Below are positions 18,660 through 28,740 of a DNA stretch of 64,000 nucleotides, piece after piece; position 1 is the first letter of the stretch, and each line of letters begins with the position of its first letter. The stretch lies in the NCBI GenBank assembly GCA_002441425.1, contig DJWB01000001.1:298712-362711 (forward strand). Direction: 5' to 3'. Under the pieces are notes generated by a model. That model saw only the letters and a list, made by a program, of their open reading frames with translations. It was not told where the DNA came from and ran no database searches. Both the position numbers and the translations under genes were made by a program. This DNA comes from Patescibacteria group bacterium UBA6241 (GTDB taxonomy: Bacteria > Patescibacteriota > Minisyncoccia > Phycocordibacterales > Phycocordibacteraceae).

Positions 18660-19334
18660 ATGCGCATACTTATCGTTGAAGACGAAGCAAAGCTTGCAGA
18701 GGCACTGAAGCGAGGGCTTGAATCCAAAGGATTCGCTGTTGACTGGATTGCGGAGAGCGAGAAAGCAAAGACTCGCATTATGCTGTATCGCGATGAGTAT
18801 GACCTGATCCTCATGGATCTTATGCTTCCAGGTATTGATGGCGCGACCATCACGAGAGAAGCACGCGCAGCGGGAGTGACTACTCCAATCATCGTACTTA
18901 CCGCAAGAGATGAAACTGAGTACAAAGTTGAGCTCCTCAATACCGGAGCAGACGACTATCTTGCAAAACCATTCTCCTTTGAAGAGTTGGTGGCACGCAT
19001 CAATGCCGTCTTGCGCCGTCCAGAACAATCTATTCAGACAACTTTGGAAGCGAGAGATATCGCGCTTGACCCAGGAAGCAGAACGGTAACAAAGGATGGC
19101 GAACCTATCGCGCTAACACTCAAAGAATATTCTTTGCTTGAATACTTCATGCGACATCCTGACGAGGCACTCACGAGAGAGAGTATTCTTGATCATGTGT
19201 GGAGCTTTGACTTCCCTGGCTTCTCTAACGTTCTTGATGTACATATGAAGAATCTTCGTAAGAAGCTAGATACCTATGCAGATACACCCCTCTTTGAAAC
19301 CGTCCGCGGCGTGGGCTACCGACTTAATAGATAA
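18660..19334 (+). CDS. OmpR-family response regulator
   Basis: 'MRILIVEDE' and 'LILMDLMLPGIDG' receiver motifs. C-terminal winged-helix '...VRGVGYRL'. Confidence 0.9.
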   Translation: MRILIVEDEAKLAEALKRGLESKGFAVDWIAESEKAKTRIMLYRDEYDLILMDLMLPGIDGATITREARAAGVTTPIIVLTARDETEYKVELLNTGADDYLAKPFSFEELVARINAVLRRPEQSIQTTLEARDIALDPGSRTVTKDGEPIALTLKEYSLLEYFMRHPDEALTRESILDHVWSFDFPGFSNVLDVHMKNLRKKLDTYADTPLFETVRGVGYRLNR

Positions 19335-20406
19335 GTACCGGTTTAATCCGTTCTATAAGACTGCAACGAATGTCGTATTCCTGCAGGTCTTATTGGCATG
19401 TATCTCTATAGTGTTATTCCTGGTTGGCATAAAGTATGTCCAGGAAACAACACTTGAATCAATAACATTTCAGATTCAAACCGCTCTTATAAATGGAGCG
19501 ACCACCACCGACGCTACACTCCCTCAGTCTATTGAAGATGTGCGGGACCAGACATTCTTGTATGCATTTATAGGCATTCTCTTGATGCATGCATTCTTTG
19601 GCTTTCTTATTGCGCGCTTTGCGCTGTGGCCTACACGCAATTCTCTTCAGTTCCAAAAGCGCTTCATTGGGAACGTGGCCCATGAGATACGTACGCCACT
19701 AGCTATTATTAAAACCAATACGGAAGTTGCGCTCTTTGATCCAACTCTTCCGAAAGCAACAAGAGAAACCTTTGAACAAATTGTAGTTGAGCTGGATCGT
19801 ATCTCAGAGACCATTAATAATCTTTTATCCTTTGATACACTCACCCGCCCGCGCCGCATGCTGCGCGCACCAGTTGATATAGCGCAGATTGCAGAGATTG
19901 TTGCAGACAGACATCGCGCACTAGCTGATTCTCGTGGCATAACACTGTCCGTTATCTCTGGCGAAGTACGACATGCACATGGAAACGCTGTCGCGCTTGA
20001 TCAAGTCATAACAAACCTCGTTAAGAATGCAGTTAACTACACGCCTGAGAATAAGGACGGTTCTGTAACTGTGCATATAGAACCCGAAAGCGGAAACAAA
20101 ATAGCAATACGAGTTCTTGATACTGGTATTGGTATTAACCAGAAAGATCTCTTTCATATCTTTGAACCCTTCTATAGAGGAGATCTTTCTCGTGCACGCG
20201 GCATAGGCACTGGAACTTCAGGTTTGGGGCTCGCTATCGTGAACGAGATTGTGCGTATCCATAGAGGTGCTATTAGTATCCGTAGTACTCCAGGAGTTGG
20301 TACAGAAATACGCGTTATCCTTCCTGCTGCCGGCAAGCAATACATTCCTGATCCGTTAGAAGACGGAGAGACAAAGACAAACGAAGTATCCGTAGACTTT
20401 TCATGA
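19276..20406 (+). CDS. Sensor histidine kinase (true start probably internal or non-ATG near 19330-19400)
   Basis: Two TM helices, H-box 'HEIRTPLAIIKTN', N box 'NLVKNAVNYT', and G boxes 'DTGIGI' and 'GTGLGLAIV'. The ATG-initiated ORF overlaps the RR gene by 59 nt. Confidence 0.8.
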   Translation: MQIHPSLKPSAAWATDLIDKYRFNPFYKTATNVVFLQVLLACISIVLFLVGIKYVQETTLESITFQIQTALINGATTTDATLPQSIEDVRDQTFLYAFIGILLMHAFFGFLIARFALWPTRNSLQFQKRFIGNVAHEIRTPLAIIKTNTEVALFDPTLPKATRETFEQIVVELDRISETINNLLSFDTLTRPRRMLRAPVDIAQIAEIVADRHRALADSRGITLSVISGEVRHAHGNAVALDQVITNLVKNAVNYTPENKDGSVTVHIEPESGNKIAIRVLDTGIGINQKDLFHIFEPFYRGDLSRARGIGTGTSGLGLAIVNEIVRIHRGAISIRSTPGVGTEIRVILPAAGKQYIPDPLEDGETKTNEVSVDFS

Positions 20407-20599
20407 AGTCGTTCACTTCGTATTCATAGCCTTTTAGGTACTGTGCACACATGAGGATGGTATTCGCCGAGACCTCATAAGTTCTTTCTTCCTTTTTCGC
20501 CGCGGCATCTTTAGGGAAAAGATGTGCGGCATACGGGCCAGAGAAAGACGCTCATAACCAAAAGCGCCAGTATGATACAGAAACTAAGAGACTACTAGT

Positions 20600-20637
20600 T
20601 GCCGGGGCCGCACCTGTAAAACAGGGAGCGGCCCCGG
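20600..20637. repeat. GC-rich inverted repeat / stem-loop between convergent genes
   Basis: GCCGGGGCCGC-acctgtaaaacaggga-GCGGCCCCGGC, an 11-bp perfect stem. There is no U-tract on either side. Confidence 0.4.
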
Positions 20638-20677
20638 CACTATATAAAAAGCCGACAGAATTTCTTCTGCCAGCCAT

Positions 20678-21532
20678 TTAACGAAGTCTGTACTTAGGTA
20701 CCCAGAGACCCATGTTGGCCTGAAATTCATCAGGATCAGACATTTTCACCCCATGTTTCCGGTGCACAGCATTTGCAAGCCTGCGCACCTGGAGTACCGT
20801 CTTTTCGGACAAGGCATTGAAGTCTGCCCTGCGCGTGAGCACTATCTCAACCCCCTCGCTATACCGGCCAAACGCTTCCGGATAAAAGGGGCACCTTACT
20901 ATAGATATAGTGCTCCTGTTTGCGTACGGATTAGAAGGATACAGAAGCTTATCCAAGAGGAAATCAATCCCCGATGGAGAAATACTCAGCAAGTCTAAAA
21001 CTGCAGATGTCACCTTAAGGGGAGTGTACGCTCCCCTAACAATCAGGCTGGGATTTTTAAATCCTCTTTCTTGACCTGCTCGTATTCCCTCCTCTACCCA
21101 ATTAATTAGGGAGTCAAGATCCCTTGGCACTTCCATGCCACTCCGCACAACTGCTTCAACTAAAGCATACGCAAGGGCGAGGCGGGACGGGTCTTTTCTA
21201 TGCACCGCATCAGTTACTTCTTTTGGTGCATGATTGATCTGATACGGAAGAAAAGGATCAAGCCTAAGCTCAAGTTCGGTACCCAGTATTTCGGACTGAA
21301 AAGGAACAAGGGCCTTTCTGAGCGCAAAGAATGTTTTGCACCCATACGTAAGCGAGGGATCAAGTCGGAATCTAATCCCAGGGCTTTGGGGAGACTCTGC
21401 AAACACAGAAAGCGCTTGCTTAATAGCCTCCAGCCTGTCTGAGCGATAAAAGCCCAAATCAACGTCTAGTATCGTTCCTTCCTGTTCCCCTTTCACCTCA
21501 AAGGGACAGCGGAACACTTGCTGGGTGGTCAT
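20678..21532 (-). CDS. Hypothetical protein (284 aa)
   Basis: Clean ORF with no recognised motifs. Confidence 0.45.
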   Translation of the reverse strand: MTTQQVFRCPFEVKGEQEGTILDVDLGFYRSDRLEAIKQALSVFAESPQSPGIRFRLDPSLTYGCKTFFALRKALVPFQSEILGTELELRLDPFLPYQINHAPKEVTDAVHRKDPSRLALAYALVEAVVRSGMEVPRDLDSLINWVEEGIRAGQERGFKNPSLIVRGAYTPLKVTSAVLDLLSISPSGIDFLLDKLLYPSNPYANRSTISIVRCPFYPEAFGRYSEGVEIVLTRRADFNALSEKTVLQVRRLANAVHRKHGVKMSDPDEFQANMGLWVPKYRLR

Positions 21533-21651
21533 GCCTATCTCCTTATGAGGCTATACAATTAAGAGCATGCAACAAATAGAATCATTTGTCTAGTTATTGT
21601 TTCAGCAGTGTCTGCTCCCTATATAGAAAGTCACCCTCTTGCGAGAGCGAC

Positions 21652-22251
21652 TTATTTAGACGCATGTTTCAACAGAAGCCACGTTATATCGTCAGACCAT
21701 TCAATCTGATACGAACTTGGAACCTGTAGGGTGAAAGTCTCTGGTTGAAAAAACCTGCGGACTCCCTGGGGCTTATTTGCTTTGCAAAAGCGCTCCATTC
21801 CAACTTCAATAACGCCCGCTCTTTTCCCTGCGGCGTGTATGACTGTTCCGTCTCCGGTTACGAGTCCTACATGACCAACTCCTTCCTCTGGGTCATGCCC
21901 ATACAGATTCAGCACGCCCTTTGTATATAGGACATCTCCAGGAAGAGCCTCGTCTGGAGTTACTGAATCTTTGTACTGGTACTGCTGGACACACAGACGT
22001 GGCAGCCAAATACCCTTTTGGGCAAAGAGCCACTTTATGAAGGATGAGCAGTCTACGATGTGGGGAGCCTCCTGAAAGGACACGCCCCGCGTATAGACTG
22101 CTCGCCCAACTTGCTCTCTTGCGAGAGAAACAACGTCTACGTCCAGCACCCCAAATCCGAGGCTCGCAAGAATTTGTGTACCTTCGCCTTGAGCAACTCC
22201 TATCTCCGAAAGATCAAATGCGCATCTATTTGCAACTGCGCGATATTGCAT
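21652..22251 (-). CDS. NlpC/P60 (C40) family peptidase
   Basis: Catalytic Cys in 'DCSSFIKWLF' and His in 'GHVGLVTGDG...IHA'. Confidence 0.7.
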   Translation of the reverse strand: MQYRAVANRCAFDLSEIGVAQGEGTQILASLGFGVLDVDVVSLAREQVGRAVYTRGVSFQEAPHIVDCSSFIKWLFAQKGIWLPRLCVQQYQYKDSVTPDEALPGDVLYTKGVLNLYGHDPEEGVGHVGLVTGDGTVIHAAGKRAGVIEVGMERFCKANKPQGVRRFFQPETFTLQVPSSYQIEWSDDITWLLLKHASK

Positions 22252-22354
22252 GTGTATACTCCCAGAATGTTTATTCTTTGAGCCTGAAATCTACTTAAGA
22301 AAAGTTATACGAAACTAGACCAGGAACGTGTACTTGCTGTGTGAATCATAAGCC

Positions 22355-23146
22355 TTATTGTTTGAGTCCTGCGCCCTTATGGAAGAGCCAGATAGTTGTT
22401 ACGAAGGCAATAACCGACAGAGTTCCCATAACGGCAAAGGCGTGCGAAAGCGGTACATCAGATACTCCGAGGAAGCCATAACGGAATGCGTTAACCATGT
22501 ACAGAATTGGATTGAAGTACGAGAGGTTTCTGAAGAACTCAGGGAGCTGCTCTACTGAATAGAACACTCCTCCTAGGTACGTTAGTGGTGTAAGGACGAA
22601 AGTTGGTACGATGCTAATTGCATCAAAAGACTTCGCAAAGATTCCGTTAATGAGTCCTAAGAATGAGAACAGGAGTGCCGTTAAGAGTGCTGCAGCGAAG
22701 ATGATCCCCACAGAAAAGAGGGACAACTTAGTAAAGAAGAGCGACACCGCAACCACGATAACTCCCACAAGTCCTGCGCGGATAAGTCCTCCTGAAACAA
22801 ATCCCGCAATAACAACCCAGCTTGGCATAGGAGACACAAGCAACTCATCAATAGTCCGTGTCCACTTCGCGAAATAAAAGGTAGATACCGTATTCATATA
22901 CGCACTCGTAATAACTGACATCATGATGAGGCCGGGCACGATGAACTGAATGTACGGGAATCCATGAACGGCTGCTACTTGGCTTCCGATGAAGGTGCCG
23001 AAGATAGCGAAGTAGAGTGCCATCGTTATGGCTGGAGGAAGTAGGGTCTGAGACCAAATGCGTACAATACGCATGAAGTCCTTGCGAACCATGGTGTAGT
23101 ACCCGACGAGAATTGGTGCGCGATTCATAGGCTTAATCTTTTTCAA
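22355..23146 (-). CDS. ABC-2 type transporter permease
   Basis: Six TM helices. Overlaps the upstream ATPase gene by 14 nt. Confidence 0.75.
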   Translation of the reverse strand: MKKIKPMNRAPILVGYYTMVRKDFMRIVRIWSQTLLPPAITMALYFAIFGTFIGSQVAAVHGFPYIQFIVPGLIMMSVITSAYMNTVSTFYFAKWTRTIDELLVSPMPSWVVIAGFVSGGLIRAGLVGVIVVAVSLFFTKLSLFSVGIIFAAALLTALLFSFLGLINGIFAKSFDAISIVPTFVLTPLTYLGGVFYSVEQLPEFFRNLSYFNPILYMVNAFRYGFLGVSDVPLSHAFAVMGTLSVIAFVTTIWLFHKGAGLKQ

Positions 23147-24149
23147 TAAGGTTTACAAACACCTCTTCAAGGCGACTTCCTGTGTTACGAATATTCGCTA
23201 TTTGAATACCGGTTGCACCAATCTTGCGAATTGCTTCGTTAACTGTCTGTCCTGGATTTAGCGTTAATTTGAGTGTTGATTCATCAACACGCTCAAGTTG
23301 TAGATCTCGCAACAGAACCAGTGCCGCATCAGTAACTGGCTCAGCAGCATCCAAAAGCAGCGTTACGAAATTAAGCTTGGTAAGAAGTTCCTTTACACTT
23401 CCCTGCTCAATAATCTGTCCTTTGTTAATAATAGCTGCGCGCTTGCAGAGCATCTCTGCTTCCTCCAAATAGTGTGTGGTGAGAATAATCGTGGTTCCGT
23501 TCTGATTGAGCTCTCGCAAGAAATCCCACATACCGCGACGCAGCTCAACATCAACTCCAGCCGTTGGCTCGTCTAGCAATAGAATTTCTGGCTCATGCAC
23601 AAGGGCGCGCGCAATCATGAGTCTTCGCTTCATACCTCCTGAGAGAGCTTGAGCCTTTGCTCCTCGCTTCTCCCAAAGACCGAGATCCTTAAGGACCTTC
23701 TCTGTACGTGGAATAGCTTCTGCACGCGTGAGTCCGTAGTATCCAGCCTGATCAATCACAATATCTTCAACCTTCTCAAAGATGTTGAAGTTAAACTCCT
23801 GAGGTACAAGACCAATGTGTGCTTTTGCCTGTGCTGGGTGTGCACTGATATCAATTCCCGCAACTTCAGCAACTCCTGATGTCTTTAGAACGAGTCCTGA
23901 AAGGATACCGATAAGTGTTGATTTTCCTGCACCGTTTGGCCCAAGGAGTGCAAAGAACTCTCCTTTTTCTATTGAAAGTGATACTCCCTTGAGGGCTTCT
24001 GTGCCCTTTTCCTTCCCGTCTTTCGCGTACACCTTCTTAACGTCCTCAACTTTAAGTGCGATTGTAGCCATAGTCAGGAGGAGTATAGCACCGAAGGTAC
24101 TTTGGAGGCTATTATGTGGATATGCAGCGCCTCTGGACCCCCTCAACAC
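23133..24149 (-). CDS. ABC transporter ATP-binding protein
   Basis: Walker A 'GPNGAGKST', signature 'LSGGMKRRL', Walker B 'ILLLDEPTAGVD'. Confidence 0.9.
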   Translation of the reverse strand: MLRGSRGAAYPHNSLQSTFGAILLLTMATIALKVEDVKKVYAKDGKEKGTEALKGVSLSIEKGEFFALLGPNGAGKSTLIGILSGLVLKTSGVAEVAGIDISAHPAQAKAHIGLVPQEFNFNIFEKVEDIVIDQAGYYGLTRAEAIPRTEKVLKDLGLWEKRGAKAQALSGGMKRRLMIARALVHEPEILLLDEPTAGVDVELRRGMWDFLRELNQNGTTIILTTHYLEEAEMLCKRAAIINKGQIIEQGSVKELLTKLNFVTLLLDAAEPVTDAALVLLRDLQLERVDESTLKLTLNPGQTVNEAIRKIGATGIQIANIRNTGSRLEEVFVNLIEKD

Positions 24150-24532
24150 GAAGATTTATTCGCTATGCCGTTATTGGCGTGTCTACACTTCTGTTTGATT
24201 TAATGCTCCTTGCAGGCCTTACTGAGCTTGTGGGTGTCCCCTACTACATAGCAACTCCGTTTGCATTCCTTATCGCTGTTTCAATTAACTATGCTCTCTC
24301 TCGTATGCATGTCTTTCGCGGAACTATGCGTACCGTGCATCACGGATACCTGTACTTCATTGCGCTCGCTTGCCTTGGAGCATTCGTAACAACATCAGGT
24401 GTTGCGGCACTCGTTTCTTTCTTTGGACTGTACTACTTATTCGCACGAGTACTTATTGCAGGGTTCGTTGGAGTTGCAAACTATCTCCTGAACCTCCACT
24501 TCAATTTTAGAGTTGCAGGGCATCATCCGTAG
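24116..24532 (+). CDS. GtrA family membrane protein
   Basis: ~130 aa with four TM helices and 'RFIRYAVIGVSTLLFDLMLL' (GtrA-like). Confidence 0.55.
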   Translation: MDMQRLWTPSTRRFIRYAVIGVSTLLFDLMLLAGLTELVGVPYYIATPFAFLIAVSINYALSRMHVFRGTMRTVHHGYLYFIALACLGAFVTTSGVAALVSFFGLYYLFARVLIAGFVGVANYLLNLHFNFRVAGHHP

Positions 24533-24535
24533 CAG

Positions 24536-25552
24536 GTGCTACAATCTGCTCTTATGAAATTCTTCCTGTTGCCCGTCTCTATTTCTGTGCTCATTCTTAT
24601 TGGCTTGTGGATCGGGCTTGGCTTTGCCGCATTCGTTACAGCAGTGCTTTTGGTTATTCTTGAGGTAACGCTGTCTTTTGATAACGCAGTGGTGAATGCC
24701 AGAGTGCTCACCGGAATGAGTGAGAAGTGGCGAAGACGATTCCTTACCTGGGGCATGCTCATTGCAGTCTTTGGAACTCGCCTCGTACTCCCTATTCTTA
24801 TAGTTTCAGTATCTGTAGCACTTTCTCCTCTTGCTGTTGCGAAGCTAGCAGCATTCTCTCCTGATGAGTACGCACACCTCCTAGAGGGAGCACGTTATGG
24901 GATTTATGCTTTTGGTGGAGCATTCTTGCTCATGGTTTCTCTTAAGTATTTCCTGGACGATGCTAAGGAAGTGCATTGGATACACATCATTGAGAGCGCA
25001 CTCTCTCGTTGGGGACGTATTGCAGCAGTTGAGATTGGCATCGCACTTATCGCTATTGTGAGCATCTCATTCTTTGTGCCTGCAGCCGCGCAAGCAACGG
25101 TACTTGTTGCAGGTATCACCGGTATCGTTCTCTTCATCATCATGCAGGGACTGGCGCATGCGTTCTCTGTTGAAGCGGGTGACGTAACTAGAAGCGGACT
25201 CGCACTCTTTATTTATCTGAACATTCTAGACTCGGCCTTCTCACTTGATAGCGTTGTTGGTGCATTCGCACTTACGACTGCAATTCCTATTATCGTAGCG
25301 GGTCTTGGTATTGGTGCCTGGTTCGTTCGCTCTCTTACGATCTATCTCGTACAGAGAAAGACGCTTGATACACTCACGTACTTGGAACACGGTGCACACT
25401 GGGCAATCCTTGGACTCGCCGGCAGCATGTTTGCTGACCTTCTCTTCCATGTACCTGAAGTGATTACAGGGACAATCGGTCTTGCCTTTGTGCTTGCAGC
25501 GTACTGGTCAAGTCTTCGTGCACGAAAACTTCTTTCTGCTACAACTATATAG
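24536..25552 (+). CDS. TerC/DUF475-like integral membrane protein
   Basis: Multi-TM protein with a repeated 'LSFDNAVVNA'/'SLDSVVGAFA' motif pair, as in TerC/DUF475 proteins. Confidence 0.5.
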   Translation: MLQSALMKFFLLPVSISVLILIGLWIGLGFAAFVTAVLLVILEVTLSFDNAVVNARVLTGMSEKWRRRFLTWGMLIAVFGTRLVLPILIVSVSVALSPLAVAKLAAFSPDEYAHLLEGARYGIYAFGGAFLLMVSLKYFLDDAKEVHWIHIIESALSRWGRIAAVEIGIALIAIVSISFFVPAAAQATVLVAGITGIVLFIIMQGLAHAFSVEAGDVTRSGLALFIYLNILDSAFSLDSVVGAFALTTAIPIIVAGLGIGAWFVRSLTIYLVQRKTLDTLTYLEHGAHWAILGLAGSMFADLLFHVPEVITGTIGLAFVLAAYWSSLRARKLLSATTI

Positions 25553-26302
25553 ATGAAGTATCGCGCATACATATTTGATCTAGACGAAACACTCGCAGAA
25601 AGTAAGCAGCCTATTTCAGAGAGAATGGGTGGCGCACTTGCCCTTCTTCTGGCACAAGGTCCTGTTGCCGTTATCTCGGGTGGCAAGCTCTCCATTATTC
25701 TTGCGAATGTAGCCAACAGACTTCCAGAAGGCACTCGCATGGAGAATCTCTACATCCTCCCCACGTGTGGTGCAGCACTGTACCAACACAGAAATGACTC
25801 ATGGCAGAGCGTATACGCAGAGCTCCTCTCTGATATTGATGTGGAAGTTATTGAGCGCGGCATACTGCGCGCAATTGAGAAGACAGGCGTTATAGATCTG
25901 AACGAGCCTTCGCATGGAGAGCGCATTGAGCGCAGAGGATCTCAAATAACACTCTCAGCTCTCGGGCAAGAAGCACCTCTTTCTGAAAAGGTTCTTTGGG
26001 ATCCTGAACGTACGAAAAGAAATATGCTCATGAAGGCACTTGTAGATGAATTGCCTCAGTTCAGCATTAAGATGGGAGGCACAACTTCTTTTGACATAAC
26101 TAAGCCTGGTATTGATAAGGCATACGGCGTACGCAAGTTAAGCGAACATCTTTCAGTTCCTATTTCAGACATGGTGTACGTAGGAGACGCACTCTTTCCA
26201 GGCGGAAATGATGCAGTTGTTAAGGAGACAGGAATTCATACTGAAGCAGTAACAAACCCAGACGAAACACTCACACGTATTGAGGCCTTTCTAAGAACAT
26301 AA
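25553..26302 (+). CDS. HAD superfamily hydrolase (IIB/PMM-like)
   Basis: 'IFDLDETL' motif I, and a C-terminal 'VGDALFPGGND' resembling motif IV. Confidence 0.6.
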   Translation: MKYRAYIFDLDETLAESKQPISERMGGALALLLAQGPVAVISGGKLSIILANVANRLPEGTRMENLYILPTCGAALYQHRNDSWQSVYAELLSDIDVEVIERGILRAIEKTGVIDLNEPSHGERIERRGSQITLSALGQEAPLSEKVLWDPERTKRNMLMKALVDELPQFSIKMGGTTSFDITKPGIDKAYGVRKLSEHLSVPISDMVYVGDALFPGGNDAVVKETGIHTEAVTNPDETLTRIEAFLRT

Positions 26303-26333
26303 CGAGAGTTGCGCGCTATACTGAAAACAACGT

Positions 26334-27989
26334 ATGGCAGATGAAAGACTTAAAGAAAGAATTGCTGCATCAATCAAAGGAGAAGTGCGTAATGACGCAG
26401 TAACTAGAAAACTCTTTTCAAGAGACACGAGTGTGTTTGAAAAAACACCAGAGCTCGTAGTGTACCCAAAGGATGCACAAGACGTGTCTGCAATGGTTAA
26501 GACAATGAACGGCGCTCGCAAGGACGGTATAGAAGCGTCGCTTACTGCCCGCTCTGCTGGAACCGATATGTCTGGCGGCCCGTTAACTGATTCTGTGGTT
26601 GCCGTGTTTACGAAGTACATGAACCACATTGTTGAAGTTGGTGACGGCTACGCTATTGCTGAGCCTGGCGTGTATTATCGCGACTTTGAAAAGGCCACGC
26701 TCGCACATGACCGACAACTCATGCCGTCATATCCAGCATCAAAAGATATTGCTGCTATTGGAGGAATCGTTAATAACGATTCAGGAGGCGAGAGAACGCT
26801 TGAGTATGGGAAGACTCGCGACTATGTTGAGGAGATAGATGTGGTACTTGCTGACGGGAGCCTCATTACATGTAAGCACTACACTAAAGAAGAGGTGGAT
26901 CGTATTGCTTCGTTTGATACGCTTGAAGGCCGCATTTATAAAGAGCTGCGAACACTCATACAAGACAACAAAGAACGTATTGAAAAAGCGCGTCCGCATG
27001 TATCTAAGAACTCTGCAGGATATGCCCTATGGGAAGTTATGGACAAAGACGGCGGGATGAATCTTGCGAAACTGATTTGTGGCGCGCAAGGAACACTCGC
27101 ACTTATGACCCGTACGAAACTCCGCCTGATCAAGGAGCAGCCGTACCGATCTATGCTCGTTGTGTTTTTGAATGATTTAGAAATACTTCCTGAAGTTGTT
27201 CGTCGTGTGCTGCCTTTCAATCCCGAATCTTTTGAATCCTATGACGACCACACCTTTGGACTTGCCATAAAGTTTCTCCCACAAATGCTTTCGCAGATGG
27301 GATTTGGAGAAGCAACTAAACTTGGACTGTCCTTCTTGCCTGAGGTTGGTATGGTATTGCGTGGGGGCGTGCCCAAGCTTGTGCTTATGGCTGAGTTTTC
27401 AGAGGATACACACCAGCAAGCTTTGTTTAAGGCTGGACAAGCACAAGCGGCACTCAAGGAACTTGGTCTTTCAACACGTATCGCGCGAGACGAGCAGGCA
27501 GCTGCAAAATACTGGAAAGTGCGCAGAGAAAGCTTTGCGCTCCTGCGAAAGAATGCACATGGATTATATGCGGCACCCTTTATAGACGATTTCGTAGTAC
27601 CGCCTGATTGCTATCCAGAGTTTCTCCCTAAGCTTAATGCCCTGCTCGCCGAATATGATTTGCTGTACACAATCGCAGGTCACATTGGAAACGGAAACTT
27701 CCATATTATCCCTTTGATGAACCTACAGGATGCAAAAGTGCGACAGGTTATTCTAGATCTTGCGCCACGAGTGTATGAACTTGTTATCTCGTATGGAGGC
27801 ACTACCACTGGCGAGCATAATGACGGGATTATAAGAACTCCGTACCTTCCCCAGCTCTTTGGAAAGGAAATGGTACAGCTCTTTGAAGACACAAAACGTA
27901 TCTTTGATCCTCTTAATCTCTTTAATCCAGGGAAAAAGGTTCATGGCACCTTCTCAGATATTGAACGCGATATGCTCAGGAGCATCTAA
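26334..27989 (+). CDS. FAD-linked oxidase (GlcD/D-lactate dehydrogenase-like)
   Basis: FAD-binding PCMH domain (GGPLTDS..., 'AIGGIVNNDSGGERT') and a C-terminal oxidase domain 'GTTTGEHNDG'. Confidence 0.75.
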   Translation: MADERLKERIAASIKGEVRNDAVTRKLFSRDTSVFEKTPELVVYPKDAQDVSAMVKTMNGARKDGIEASLTARSAGTDMSGGPLTDSVVAVFTKYMNHIVEVGDGYAIAEPGVYYRDFEKATLAHDRQLMPSYPASKDIAAIGGIVNNDSGGERTLEYGKTRDYVEEIDVVLADGSLITCKHYTKEEVDRIASFDTLEGRIYKELRTLIQDNKERIEKARPHVSKNSAGYALWEVMDKDGGMNLAKLICGAQGTLALMTRTKLRLIKEQPYRSMLVVFLNDLEILPEVVRRVLPFNPESFESYDDHTFGLAIKFLPQMLSQMGFGEATKLGLSFLPEVGMVLRGGVPKLVLMAEFSEDTHQQALFKAGQAQAALKELGLSTRIARDEQAAAKYWKVRRESFALLRKNAHGLYAAPFIDDFVVPPDCYPEFLPKLNALLAEYDLLYTIAGHIGNGNFHIIPLMNLQDAKVRQVILDLAPRVYELVISYGGTTTGEHNDGIIRTPYLPQLFGKEMVQLFEDTKRIFDPLNLFNPGKKVHGTFSDIERDMLRSI

Positions 27990-28008
27990 TGCGTGCTAGA
28001 TTATTTCT

Positions 28009-28704
28009 ATGCAAGAAGATTACGACGCGCACGAGGCGCTTGTACGAGAACTAAACGATCCTGCGCTACGTACTGAATACGCGCGCGCTTTTGACAATTA
28101 CCGCACTGGCTTTGTAGCAAATGTGTTTGGATGGCTTCTCGTATCTTCAGGTACTCTGGTATACGGCAAGTACCCCTGCTACGCAAAGTTTAAAGCGATT
28201 GAAGTTATTGCGCGCATTCCATACCAGTCTTGGGAAGTTGCATCCTATACGCTTCTCACAGGATTCTATGCAAACGAGCAGCGCGCAATAGAGCTCACAA
28301 AGACAAGTGCATTCAGCAGACACGCACAGGACAACGAGACCATGCATGTGGTTGTGCTTTCACAGATTGTTAAAAAGCTGCGCTGTGAAGGATTCTTCAG
28401 ACACGTGCTCATTCCCCTCCTATTTGCTTTCTTTTACTTTTGGACTGTATACGTTTTGTACATGCTCTCAAGAAAGTCTGCGCTTGAGTTAAATTATCTA
28501 TTTGAGAACCATGCGTACCATCAATACGAACAATTCTTAATTCAGGATGGAGAGCGGTTGCGAGACACCGCTATTATGTCTGATTTCCTTGTGCATTATG
28601 GAAGGAACCCAAGAAATGAATATGAGTTTTTTGAGTCAGTTCGTAACGACGAACTCATACATAGGAATCGCTCTATTCGCGAACTTCAGGCAAGACTCAA
28701 ATAA
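28009..28704 (+). CDS. Alternative oxidase (AOX/PTOX)-like di-iron carboxylate protein
   Basis: Four motifs in AOX order: 'IEVIARIPY' (LET-like), 'NETMHV' (NERMHL), 'ENHAYHQYE' (LEEEA..H), 'RNDELIHRN' (RADEAHHR). Confidence 0.55.
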   Translation: MQEDYDAHEALVRELNDPALRTEYARAFDNYRTGFVANVFGWLLVSSGTLVYGKYPCYAKFKAIEVIARIPYQSWEVASYTLLTGFYANEQRAIELTKTSAFSRHAQDNETMHVVVLSQIVKKLRCEGFFRHVLIPLLFAFFYFWTVYVLYMLSRKSALELNYLFENHAYHQYEQFLIQDGERLRDTAIMSDFLVHYGRNPRNEYEFFESVRNDELIHRNRSIRELQARLK

Positions 28705-28740
28705 AAAAGCCGCCAGGGTGAGCCGGCGGCTTTGGGATTA
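28702..28740. terminator. Bidirectional terminator
   Basis: AAAAAAGCCGCC-agggtgagcc-GGCGGCTTT between convergent genes. Confidence 0.6.

Noticed and set aside
20600-20637. Strong GC stem-loop considered as a terminator for the histidine kinase or the 284-aa gene
   Set aside because: No U-tract follows the stem on either strand, so it is reported only as an inverted repeat. It could be a protein-binding site or an RNA stability element.
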